Shown: piece by piece, positions 43,795 through 55,114 of the stretch
Layout of the letters: every line of letters begins with the position of its first letter
Numbering within the stretch: the first letter of the stretch is position 1
Origin: Octopus vulgaris
Lineage: Eukaryota
DNA length: 64,000 bases
Assembly: GCA_951406725.2 (NCBI GenBank)
Contig: OX597827.1
Coordinates: 63,984,001 to 64,048,000, forward strand
Reading direction: 5' to 3'
Translations under genes and position numbers: made by a program
Notes under the pieces: model-generated
Database searches by the model: none
What the model was told of the DNA's origin: nothing
The model's input: the letters and a program-made list of their open reading frames with translations, nothing else

Positions 43795-44785
43795 AAATTA
43801 TTTACATTATTTCGATTATTTACATTGTTTACATTATTTACATTTGACTGATATTTGTATCAGCTTGTTTGTTGATAACACGTTTCGGCTGATATACCCT
43901 CCAGTCTTCTTCAGGTGTCTTGGGGTAAATTTCGAACCTGGGTCCTCATTCCTAAGGTATTTTTTCGATGCTATTATTATTATTATGTTTTTTCCTTCTT
44001 TCTTCAAATTTTCTTCTGTTTCTCGCCGAGTGTTTTCCATACACCTAGGGCAAAGAAGGGCATTGTATGCATTCCCAGATTACACGCGCAAATTCACAGA
44101 TAGAATATGTATTTAAAAATTAATAAATAAATAAATTCACGGATGGATGTTATTTTCACAGCGGCAATGCTCTTCTCAGTACATGAGCCGTTCCAATTAA
44201 TACGATTTTTTGCACTTCCTGTAGGGATGGTAAGCCTGCAATCATTTTCAAATAGGTTTCAGTACCTTTTTTTTTATCATTCCTAGAGATCCTACAATCA
44301 CTGGTACTGTTGTCGCCTTGAGATGTCACATTTTTTCAATTTCTATTACCAAGTTTTTATATTTACTAATCTTGTCAAATTCTTTCGCCGCTATATTGTG
44401 ATCACAGGGAATACTCATGTCAATTAATAAACACATCCTTTTTGTCTGATCTTTTATAATGATATCCGGTTTATTGGCTTTTATAGTCCTGTCGGTCTGC
44501 ACGGGGAAGTCCCATAGAATCGACACATTTTCTCCCTCAGTCACAGCTTCAGGATGATGTTTATACCATTTGTCAGCGGTTTTGATTTTATAATGCCGAC
44601 ATATTGTCCAATGTAAATACTGGCCGACTCTGTCATGTTGTTGTTATTATTATTATAATTATTATTGTTGTTGTTGTTGTTGTTGCTGTTGTTGTTGTTG
44701 TTGTTAGTATTCATGTCACTGCTAAGAATCAAACTCGAAATCTTGGTGTTAGTAGCCCGTGCACTTAACCACTATGCCATGTGCC
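43795..44785 (-). mobile_element. tRNA-headed hammerhead SINE interrupted at its (AAT)n linker by other sequence, including an R4/Dong LINE fragment (~44170-44640)
   Basis: Head 44785-44710 (TGGCATAGTGG, GAGTTTGATTC); body 43985-43795 colinear with 60820-60952; LINE piece encodes SILWDFPVQTD..NKPDII..LIDMSIP. Confidence 0.7.
43877..43919 (-). ncRNA. Degenerate minimal hammerhead motif
   Basis: GACAC-CTGAAGA-A-GACTG-10nt-CAGCC-GAAAC-GTGTT; stem III and cleavage triplet missing. Confidence 0.5.
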
Positions 44786-44789
44786 AATT

Positions 44790-45090
44790 TCCCCAAGACA
44801 ACAAGTTGGAAGTTCATATTGGCGTTATGCCTAAGGTACCATAGTGTTGTTCTAGAGAATGTTTAAGAAACCATAAGAAAATTATGTGTTTGTTTTAAAA
44901 TTTGAGATTACATAGACAGTATTTTATGTAGGATATGGGCAGTTCCCATGAGCACTATATTTTAAATTTCTGCCATTTTCGGGTTCCCTGGTATCTGAGC
45001 TAGGTAGCAATCAGGCCCTTTTGCTATCATTCCCAGGGCACCTATGACAACAGGTATTGTTTTAGTCTTCAGGTTCTACATTTTGCTAAT
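44790..45090 (-). mobile_element. 3' end of R4/Dong-type LINE
   Basis: Matches 25495-25785 and 56040-56350. Confidence 0.8.
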
Positions 45091-45127
45091 TTACTATTAT
45101 TATTATTATAATTATTATTATTATTAT

Positions 45128-45688
45128 TGAGTGAGAGAGCAGTTCATGCCATCAAAGTGACACTGGGGTAAAATATACGAAGCCCAATATACCCATCATG
45201 ACTACCCGTCTGATAAGGGTACACCAGGCACATGCATCACAACCAAATGTGCGCGACATAGTGATTTCATATCAAGATAAACAGCACATGACCTTGCAGG
45301 TGGGGCCCAGTTAGAATTTTCTTCAGGTTGAGTAGCCCATCCCGCTCAAAAGGTCCCAGAATAAGGGTTGTTTAAGGATGTTGAAAAAACCACCCATGTT
45401 TCCAGAGGTTTCCATGTTTCAAACCCCAAAGAATCCCTCTCAACACATGGCTATGATGCTCCCCCACTACTTCTGCTCGTGATCAGAGATGCACATATCG
45501 TCAGCCACTAAGGGACATGCTCAACTGGTTAAGGTCAAACAACTGACAAACAAATCTGTGGTATTGAGCAGAATATTTGCTGTAGCCCATCTTTTATACC
45601 AAGACAAAACAATGTACATGATAACACTTCCAATCAGTTAAGATCAGAAGCCATGAGAGCCACTGCCTGGTACTGCATCAGGGCATTT
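45128..45688. mobile_element. Repeat family D, most complete copy, (ATT)n on both sides
   Basis: Matches the other family D copies; followed by (ATT)n 45686-45883. Confidence 0.8.
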
Positions 45689-45701
45689 ATTATTATTATT
45701 A

Positions 45702-45880
<179 letters not shown>

Positions 45881-46405
45881 TATTGCAGTGTCTTTATAGT
45901 GTCTGAAAGTTTAGAATGTTTGTAAGCTTCAAAAATGCTGAGAATGGATGGTATCACCCTAAGTTTGAAGCTGTGATTCGGAGGTCAAAAACTGAAGAAG
46001 AAACTTTCCCCACATTGGTCCGGGAGATCTTGGTTCATGTAGTTCTGCAATTATCCCTCAAGGTTCTTGAGTATCAGGATAACATTGTCATCATCACTGA
46101 TGTGTACTAAGTATATCTTCTTTGTTATTATGGGATGACGTCAGCAGCTAGGGAGCTGACCGGAACTTGGGGCTGACCGCAAGAGGCAGCCGTGACGCGT
46201 GTGCAGCGAGCGGGTCATTCTGCCTTTTCGAGTCCGGTCGTCGAGGAGTTAAGACGGGTGATCACGTTGTTAAGGTTGGGTGAAGCAGCTGCTATCTCTA
46301 GCGTTCGAGTTGGGCTGTGTCGAAGGATCCATTACCGTTGAAGGGTCTCCATCAGAGCGAAGAGAAGGTAGGTGCCTTTATTTCGAATCTCTCGCACACA
46401 CCACA

Positions 46406-46417
46406 AGCTATTTCGGC
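46406..46417 (+). promoter_or_regulatory. Non-canonical primer-binding site complementary to tRNA-Phe nt 1-12
   Basis: AGCTATTTCGGC directly after the LTR; reverse complement GCCGAAATAGCT is the 5' end of animal tRNA-Phe(GAA) as I recall it. Confidence 0.65.
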
Positions 46418-46440
46418 GCTCCATATAAGTCGTCGCCACG

Positions 46441-47205
46441 ATGGCAGCGAAAATCAGGATCGCCAGCGACATCATCAGACCCTTTAATGGTGAAGGCGAT
46501 GTAGTGGCCTGGATTCGTAAAATCAGGCTGGTGGCAAGACTGCAAGGTATATTCGATGTGGCAAGACTTATGGCGCTGTATTTAGAAGGGAGCGCGTTGA
46601 CGCTATACCTTGAGATGGACGAGGAGGAACGCCTGAGCGAGGAAAAGATAGAGCAACGCCTGCGGGATGCCTACACAGAGTGTGAATACACAGCTTTAGC
46701 TAAGCTGGGTACGATCAGATGGACGGGAGGACAGGTGGACGAGTACGCGGCAGAAGTTCGGAGGTTAGCGACGCTGGCCGGGTTTACAGGAGAAGGGCTG
46801 GAGAGAGCAGCGCGACTGGCGTTTGTGAATGGGTTCCCCGACGATGTAGGGATTCACCTACAACGATTGCCCGGGATTAAAAATATGGCGCTGAGCGAAC
46901 TTGTAACTCAAGCCCGCGTGTTGACGCGACACTCTGGGCGGAAGGCAATAGCGATGGCGGTGACGGAGGTGCGTAAAGACGGACGACGACCGGAGAAAGA
47001 CGTAAAGAAGCCTACCATGCAACCACAGCGGCCGTTCTCAGGTCGGTGTTTTAGATGTCAGGGGTCGCACATGGCGCGGGACTGTACACAACCGGGGCCC
47101 GTTTGCTATCGATGCAGGCAGACCGGGCACATCGCCCGTGATTGGGACCAGGGAAACGACCGCGGGGAAGTTGCTGCCTCTCGGACTTGCCCCGCAAACG
47201 AGTAG
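46441..47205 (+). CDS. gag: Gag with two CCHC knuckles (second degenerate)
   Basis: CFRCQGSHMARDC and CYRCRQTGHIARDW. Confidence 0.88.
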   Translation: MAAKIRIASDIIRPFNGEGDVVAWIRKIRLVARLQGIFDVARLMALYLEGSALTLYLEMDEEERLSEEKIEQRLRDAYTECEYTALAKLGTIRWTGGQVDEYAAEVRRLATLAGFTGEGLERAARLAFVNGFPDDVGIHLQRLPGIKNMALSELVTQARVLTRHSGRKAIAMAVTEVRKDGRRPEKDVKKPTMQPQRPFSGRCFRCQGSHMARDCTQPGPVCYRCRQTGHIARDWDQGNDRGEVAASRTCPANE

Positions 47206-49957
47206 ACGCTATTGGAGACGCTGCCATTAATTGACGAGGAGGCCGAGGGGAAGACGTTCAGGGCCCTCGTGGATACGGGCTGCACGACCACCCTTGTGCC
47301 TTCAAGGGTGACGAAGAAATGGAACGGGGCAAGTAGCGTCCGGGCGGTCGACGTCAGCGAAATCCGTTGCAGAGGCAGCAGCAAGGTAGAGATAGTTGTG
47401 CGCGGCGCGACGCTAAGGCTGCAGGTAATTGTGGCTGAACGTGTGATAGATGGGGTTGATGTGGTGATGGGGATGGAGGCCATCAACTGCCTCGGTGGCG
47501 TCAGTATTGTGGGAGATGAGGTCAAGTTCGGGAGCGTGGGGGCGTCGTGCACTGCGAGTCAGAATCGCCAGAGAGAGCAGAGCTCCGCGAGGGACTGCGC
47601 CGCTTACACCATCGAGGACAAAGACTTTCAGGCGGCGTTCGATGGTCAGCGGTGGACGATAGAGTGGAGACGGAAGGACGAGCCCCCGATGCTGAAAAAC
47701 AGAGTGAGCTGTTACTAGCATCCCTGAAAGGCCACGCCAGAGTTGAGTTTGAGGACGTGGTGGAGAGGTGATCGAGTCCCTTGTCCCTTGGGAGGAGGAG
47801 GTAGCGGTCGGAGTGCTACCCCTGATGACAGTGGTGCAGCCTACGAAGGGAAAAGTCAGACCGGTGCTGGACTTCAGGGAGCTAAACCAGCATATATCGT
47901 GTCACACGGGTGAGGCGACAGACGTTTGTCGCGAGACGTTACGTGCGTGGAGACAGTCGACCAAGGCAGCGACGATTGTCGACTTGAAATCGGCATACTT
48001 TCAGCTCCATGTGAGCGGCAAACTGTGACGATATCAGCTGGTGCGGTACAAAGGCCGGACATACTGTTTAACCAGGCTGGGTTTCGGGCTGAATTCCGCT
48101 CCGAAGATCATGGCGGCAGTGCTTAAGTCTGTCCTAGGGAAAGACGGCAAGATTAGAAAGGCCACCAGCTCCTACATTGATGACATTTTGGTGGACGAAA
48201 TTGTAGTGCCAGCCGACGAGGTAGTTATACATCTGGAGAAGTTCGGACTGATTGCTAAGCCACCGGAGTCGATGGAAGGGGGAGCCGCGCTGGGGCTGAA
48301 GCTGCGAAGAGATAGATCGGGTGAATTGGTGCTCCGGAGAGGGAATGAAATCCCAGAGCTGTATTCCAGCGTCAGCAGGAGAGAGTTGTTCTCAGTATGT
48401 GGGAAGTTGGTCGGTCACTACCCGATCGCTGGATGGCTGCGCACGGCGTGCAGTTACACCAAGAGACGAGCGGAGGGGGAGAGTTGGGGCGACAAGGTGG
48501 GAGAAGGGACGGTGGCGATGATGCAGGAAATCCTAGAGAGGACGAGAGCGGAAGACCCGGTCAGGGGAAACTGGTACGTGCCCAAGACGGAATGCGAGAC
48601 CGTCTGGTGTGATGCTAGCAGTATAGCGATAGGGGTTGTGTTGGCAATCGAAGGCGCTGCGGTGAAGGACGGAAAGCAGATGACTTCAACCACATCAATG
48701 TCGCCGAATTAGACGCGATGCTGAAAGGGGTGAACTTGGCCCTGAAATGGGGGCTGCGCACGATTGAAATCCGGACGGATTCGGCCACTGTGCTTGGCTG
48801 GGTAGGATCGGTGATCACCGGTGAAAGGAGAGTGCGGACGAAAGGTGCCACGGAGATGTTAGTGAAGCGCCGTCTAGGAGTTCTAGGTGAATTGATCGCC
48901 GAGTTGGGACTGAAGCTGAACGTGGTTTTCGTGCCTTCGGAGAAAAACAGGGCGGACGCACTGACCAGGGTGAAAAGAGCGTGGTTGGAAGAACCGGAGG
49001 AAGCCCGGAAAGGGATAGCTGCGGCGTGTCGGTTGGATGACTCTGAACTGAAGAGACTGCATGCTATGCATCACCTGGGTGTGGACAGGACCCTGTATCT
49101 GGCGAAGAAAATTGATGCTGACGTCACTAGGAGAAGCTGCGACAGGTGTCAGTCCATCGACCCTGCTCTGTGTGGGCATGAACAGGGAAGCCTTTCAGTG
49201 GAGCACAACTGGAAAAAGGCTAGCTGTGGAAGTGACGCACTACCGTCAGGGAATGTACCTCTCCATGGTCGACTGCGGGCCAGCCCGGCTGGCGATTTGG
49301 AGGGAGTTGAGAACGGGCATTGCTGACGAGATCGTGCAGATCTTGAACGAGATATTTTTAGAGAGAGGTCCCGTGGAAGAACTGCTGATGGACAACGGGG
49401 CGGCGTTTTGTTCGGAAGCATTGAGAGTTATGCTTGATCGGTGGAAGGTGCGTCGCCTGTTCAGAGCAGCGTATAGGCCGAGCGGTAACGGAATCGTAGA
49501 GAGGCACCATCGGACAGTCAAGGCCATAGCGGAAAGAGGGCACATTTCGCCGCTTGAAGCAGTTTTTTGGTACAACTTGTCTCCCCGATCAGGACAAGCT
49601 GAGGAATCTGTGCCGCAGACAGCTGTATTTAAATATGAATGGAGGCACCCGAGCAAAGCGTCGGAGGGCCACGAGGAAGAGAAGGGACCCGTTTGCGTGA
49701 AAATAGGGGAGGAAGTCAGGGTTAAGCCACCAAAGGCGCGCTGCACGTCTCAATGGAGCAGAAGAACGGTGACGGCGGTCAATTCCAGAAACAACGTCTC
49801 CGTGGATGGAATGCCGCGACACGTCTTGGACCTCCGCAGGATTGTTGCTTCGACGGACGACGATTGTGGAGAGGGGGAGAACGAGGTGCCCAGCTTGAGA
49901 AGATCTCGACGCGCAAGGCGCCCTCCCGGTTGGATGGTGGACTACGACATGGAGTAG
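47206..49957 (+). pseudogene. pol: pol (protease, RT, RNase H, integrase) with stops and frameshifts
   Basis: ALVDTGC; VRPVLDFRELN, DLKSAY, FGL, YIDD; WCDAS, TDS, NRADAL; H..HH, CxxC, MDNG, NGIVER. Confidence 0.92.
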
Positions 49958-50324
49958 AGAGATTGTGATCTTTAAGATCAGGGTGGCGTGTGGGATGACG
50001 TCAGCAGCTGGGGAGCTGACCGGAACTTGGGGCTGACCGGAAGGGGCAGTCGTGACGCGTGCGCAGCGAGCGGGTCATTCTGCCTTTTCGAGTCCGGTCG
50101 TCAAGTGGTTAAGACGGGTGATCACGTTGTTAAGGTTGGGTGAAGCAGCTGCTATCTCTAGCGTTCGGGTCGGGCTGTGTCGAAGGATCCGTTACCGCAG
50201 AAGGGTCTCCATCAGAGCAAAGAGTAGGTAGGTGCCTTTATTTCAAATCGCTCGCACACACCACAGTTATATTTTATACCATGTATATCTTCTATATATT
50301 TATTTTATCATTTCATTGTATATA

Positions 50325-50490
50325 GGCACAGGAGCGGCTGTGTGGTAAGTAGCTTCCTTACCAATCACATGGTACCGGGTTCAGTCCCACTGTGTGGTAC
50401 CTTGGGCAAGTGTCTTCTACTATAGCCTCGGGCCACCCAAAGTCTTGTGATTGGATTTGGTAGACGGTAACTGAAAGAAGCCCGTCGTAT
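50325..50490 (+). mobile_element. SINE family A 5' part
   Basis: Matches 7141-7305. Confidence 0.8.
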
Positions 50491-51315
50491 ATAAGTATAT
50501 ATGTGTTTTGCTTTATAATGTCGTTGCATTTCTCCTCTCATCCATCACCTTCATGGAAAATAAAATAAATCATTGTTTTTTTTTTATTATTGTATGTCTG
50601 TACATTTTTTGTGTTAACATTTAATTTGCTATTAAGGGATTCAAAAGAAATTTTAAAAAAATTTAATATATAGATAATAAAGATATCAACCCGCACACTT
50701 TATATATACATATACATACATACATACATACATACATGTGTGTATGAACTTGCAAACAAAAGCAGAGATTCACTGTGGCATTTACGTCTCTATAGAAGTG
50801 TGACTCACTAAGGTGAGCGTAGTCATTCGATAAATAGCGATCAATAAAAAAAAAAACCTAGGCCAATTTACATTTTGTTGTTGATTTAGTTCTCTGAATT
50901 TTTTCAAGATTTTGGTTTGGATGGCCCCTGTCTTTTGAATGAAACCAGTAAGAATAAATAAAAGAATTATAATTCTAAATTTTTTATTATAATAATTTCA
51001 TTTAGAAAAGAGTACTTATAAGGTGGTTAGTTATTGGATTTTGTTAATCTTGGGTGGGTCATTAAGCCAATAATAAAAACATGCAATGGTTCCATTTCAG
51101 TCCTTTGTTATTTATTTGTTAATTGGTCAACTACGTAACCAATTAACTAACTGATTGTTTCATTAATCGTTCTGTTAATCAGTCAGATTTCTCAAATTCC
51201 TCTAATCGCCATTTGTGACATTGTCGATATCACAAACCAAACCAAATGCAAACCAGATATATAGTGATTTTATATTTCCGGCTTTAGTAATTTTAGCCAA
51301 ATTAGTATCAGCACT

Positions 51316-51924
51316 TTAATCATCATCCTCCTCCTCTTCTTCTTCTTCTTCTTCTTCTTCTTCTTCTTCTTCTTCTTCTTCTTCTTCTTCTTCTTCTTCC
51401 TCCTCCTCCTCCTCCTCCTCCTCCTCCTCTTTCTCTTCCTCCTCCTCCTCCTCCTCCTCCTCCTCCTCTTCTACTTCTTTCTCTTCCTCCTCCTCCGCCT
51501 CCTCCTCATTCTCTTCCTCCTCCACTTCCTCCTCCTCCTCTTTCTCTTCCTCTTCCACTTCCTCCTCCACTTCCTCCTCCACTTCCTCCTCCCCTTTCTC
51601 TTCTTCTTCCTCTTCCTCCTCCTCCTCCTTCTCTTCCTCACTGTCTTCACTACTGCTTTCATCACTACTGCTTTCATCACTGCTACTTTCATCATCATCA
51701 TCATCGTCATCATCATCATCTTTTTTCTTCTTTTTCTTTTTATGTTTCTTTTTATGTTTCTTTTTATCTTTCTTTTTATCTTTCTCTTTGCATTTTTTCG
51801 ACTTTTCTTTCTTTTTCACCTCCGAGGAATAAACTACCACCTTTGGGATGTCTTTGTCATGATATGGAATCATTTCTTCATCAGTTTGGCAACAACAAAT
51901 TAATTTCCGAATTGCAGATGCCAT
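51316..51924 (-). CDS. Orphan 202-aa low-complexity protein (N-terminal CCC, Lys-rich, Glu-rich tail); paralog of 32003-32569
   Basis: MASAIRKLICCC..EMIPYHDKDIP..EVKKKEKSKKCKEK aligns with the paralog; acceptor TTTTTACCAG (intron ends at 51940) with CTTAAC branch point. Confidence 0.7.
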   Translation of the reverse strand: MASAIRKLICCCQTDEEMIPYHDKDIPKVVVYSSEVKKKEKSKKCKEKDKKKDKKKHKKKHKKKKKKKDDDDDDDDDDESSSDESSSDESSSEDSEEEKEEEEEEEEEEKGEEEVEEEVEEEVEEEEKEEEEEVEEEENEEEAEEEEEKEVEEEEEEEEEEEEEKEEEEEEEEEEEEEEEEEEEEEEEEEEEEEEEEEEDDD

Positions 51925-52135
51925 TTAAAAAAAAAATCTCTGGTAAAAACATAGATAAATAAAAAAGTTAAGTGACTTGCTTAAACAAGTATAACAACAA
52001 AATCAACAAAAGCAAACAGATATTTACATTATTTACATTATTTACATTTGACAGATATTTGTCCTCATCTTGTTTGTTGTTGAATGTAAATAATGTAAAC
52101 AATGTAAATAATGTACATAATTCCTCATCTCTTAA

Positions 52136-52356
52136 CCCTTTCATTACTGTATTTACTTTGAGATGCTCTGTGTTTCTTTCAATTACTTGAATTATAACGA
52201 AAAAAATTTGTAAAATAACTTAGTTATCATTAAGCTAGTGTTAGGAACATAAATTGTGACTAAGGTTTGGTGGAAGATTTTAATTCAAAACCTATGAAAA
52301 AAAAACATTTGTACTCAGAGCCAGAGCTGGTTTCAGCCCAGTTGGTAACAAAAGGG
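52136..52356. mobile_element. piggyBac-type MITE
   Basis: TTAA-CCCTTT ... AAAGGG-TTAG termini. Confidence 0.6.
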
Positions 52357-52421
52357 TTAGAAACTGTAGCAAACAGATATATTTTACAATAAAGAAGAGA
52401 AGAGGGTTCATAGTCTGGCAT

Positions 52422-52526
<105 letters not shown>

Positions 52527-52559
52527 GAGGAGGACACACATTCACTCACAGGTCACTGG

Positions 52560-52843
52560 CATAATGAAAGGGTTTTAGAGGTAAACATTATTCCAGTGAT
52601 GAGGAAGTGAAAACTGTAGTGAAGAACTGGCTCAAAGAACAGTCAACAGAATTTTACGGGGCAGGGATACATGCTCTCATTTGAAGGTGGAACGTTGCTA
52701 TTGAGAGAAATGGTGACTATGTTGAGAAGTAGGGATGTGATCCACAGAGGCCCAGCTTCATTTTGATGTATGATACATGTTCCTGTGTTGGTGATTATAA
52801 CTGTCCTAAACAATATGGCATTACTTTTTGACTCAACCTTATA
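52560..52843 (+). mobile_element. Mariner 3' end
   Basis: RGKHYSSDEEVKTVVKNWLKEQSTEFY..GI..L..RW...GDYVEK, then a TIR-like end and TA. Confidence 0.8.
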
Positions 52844-52858
52844 TATATACACATATAC

Positions 52859-52917
<59 letters not shown>

Positions 52918-52939
52918 GTATGTATGTATATATATATTC

Positions 52940-53340
52940 TTTTATTTGTATCAGTCATGTGACTGTGGCCATGCTGGAGCATGGCCTTTAGTTGAGCAAA
53001 TCAACCCCATGACTTATTCTTTGTAAATCTAGTACTTTTGCTGAACCGCTCAGTTACGGGGACTAAACACACCAGTATCGGTTGTCAAGTAATGTTGGGG
53101 GGGACAAACGCACAGACACATACACGCGCACACACACACATACACGCGCGCGCATGCACACACACACACACACACACATATACATGCGATGGGCTTCTTT
53201 CAGCTTCCGTCTACCAAATCCACTCACAAGGGTTTGGTCAGCTCGAGGTTATAACAAAAGACACTCGCCCAATGTGCCACACAGTGATATGGAACCTGAA
53301 ACCATGTGGTTGGTAAGCAAGCTTCTTACCACACAGCCAC
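52940..53340 (-). mobile_element. SINE family A, diverged
   Basis: Matches 9620-10045. Confidence 0.8.
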
Positions 53341-53521
53341 TATATATATATATAAATAGATATATATGGTCCAGTGGGGCTAACGATTCTACCAGCTCAC
53401 CGCCTTTTGAGACAACACAATGATACTAATAATGATTTCATTTATTTGCCACAAGAGCGAAGGATGAAGAAGACAATAGAAAGACATGCATAAAGTGTTG
53501 TAATAATAATAATAATAATAA

Positions 53522-55000
53522 TAGAGAGGCTTGACGAGTCGCCAGGACTTTATCGAAGCAGAGGGAAACAGTCTAGAGTGGTATATAACCAATGACATGG
53601 AGCCAGTGTTAGAATACGCAAAGAAGGCTGGCGTCATCAAAAGTGAAAATTGTGTAACTAAAGAAAAATTTAAACAAGAAATGAACAAAAGAAAAGAAGA
53701 AGCATAGAAGGAAAAGAAAATGTACGGTCAGTTTGTAAGAGGTGTGAATGCCAAGACAGATGCAGAGGACCTATAGATGAAGAGGAGTGACCTGAAGATA
53801 GAGACAGAAGCACTCCTCAAGAGCAAGTGTTAAGGACCAATTATATGAAGTGCAGAACAGACAAAACTACATCATCATCATCATCATCATCATTTAGCGT
53901 CTGCTTTCCATGCTAGCATGGGTTGGACAGTTCAACTGGGGTCTGGGAAGCCAGAAGGCTACACCAGGCCCAGTCTGATCTGGCAATGTTTCTACAGCTG
54001 GATGCCCTTCCTAATGCGAACCACACCGTGAGTGTAGTGGGTGCTTTTTACGTGCCACCGGCACAGGGGCCAGGTGAGGCTGGCAACGGACACAATTAGA
54101 TGGTGTTTTTTGACGTGCCACCGGCATGGAGGCCCATCGGGGCGGCGCTGTCAACGGCCACAATTGGATGGTTTGCTTATGTGCCACCGGCACTGGTATC
54201 AGCTGCAATTTCTATTGATGTTGATCGATTTTGATTTTGATTCTGATTTCCACTTGCCTCAACAGGTCTTCACAAGTAGAGTTTTGTGTCCCAAGAAGGA
54301 AAGGTATGCATAAGTGGACTGGCTACATCCCAGGTAGAGGCCAGCGACAAATGCAGAATGTGTGGCAAGAGGGGTGAAACAGAATGGTACATTGTTAGCG
54401 AATGCCTGACACTGGCACAACACGAATACAAAAGATGCCATGACAATGTGACAAGAATGAGCCATTGGGAACTCAGTAGAAGGCACTGCTTACAAAGAGC
54501 AAAGACATAGTATGAGCAAACCCCAGAAGGAGTCACTGAAAATGAGAATTGCAAAATCCGTGGGATGCAATGATCCAGTGCGATCACCTGACCAGACATC
54601 GGAAACTGGACGTTGTGGGGAATAAAAAATAAAGAACATGTATGATAATCGACATAGCATGCCCCGGTGAAAACAGGATCAATGTGAAAGAAGAAAAGAA
54701 ATGAACAACTATGACGATTTAAGTTGAGAAATACAAAGATTGTGGTCAATGAAGAGAGTAGATGTGATACCAATAATAATTGGTGTACTTGGAAGTATCA
54801 GCAATCAGCTACAAACATGGTTGAAAAAGATCGGTGCAAGTTTGTAGGTAGAACACCTACAAAAACCAGCTTTGCTTGGAACTGAAAGAATTCTTCCTAG
54901 TGTTCTTGAAGCATGACCAGTAAACAAGTATCACTTTAGTCAGCTGGCTGTCGACAGCTGACACTTTCCGTCATACCCAGCAAAATAAGCTGTGAATTTT
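53522..55000 (+). mobile_element. Decayed R4/Dong-type LINE fragment with a nested SINE-like insert (~53870-54340)
   Basis: CRMCGKRGET..IVSEC..LAQHEYKRCHD, IDIACP, LQKPALLGT; starts after (TAA)n. Confidence 0.78.
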
Positions 55001-55048
55001 AATACAACAACAAAAACAATAGAAGTAATAATAATAATAATAATAATG

Positions 55049-55111
<63 letters not shown>

Positions 55112-55114
<3 letters not shown>

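Larger units (their letters stand above)
46129..50265 (+). mobile_element. Full-length decayed gypsy-type LTR retrotransposon
   Basis: 277-bp LTRs 46129-46405 and 49989-50265 (TG..CA; about 18 differences by eye); TSD GTTAT; order gag-PR-RT-RH-IN. Confidence 0.95.

Noticed and set aside
46129-46405. LTR length (277 bp) equals the satellite period
   Set aside because: No sequence similarity; coincidence
54250-54340. HDV-like ribozyme at the end of the nested SINE-like insert
   Set aside because: Only a P2-like CCACTT/AAGTGG pair; could not build P1, P3 or P1.1
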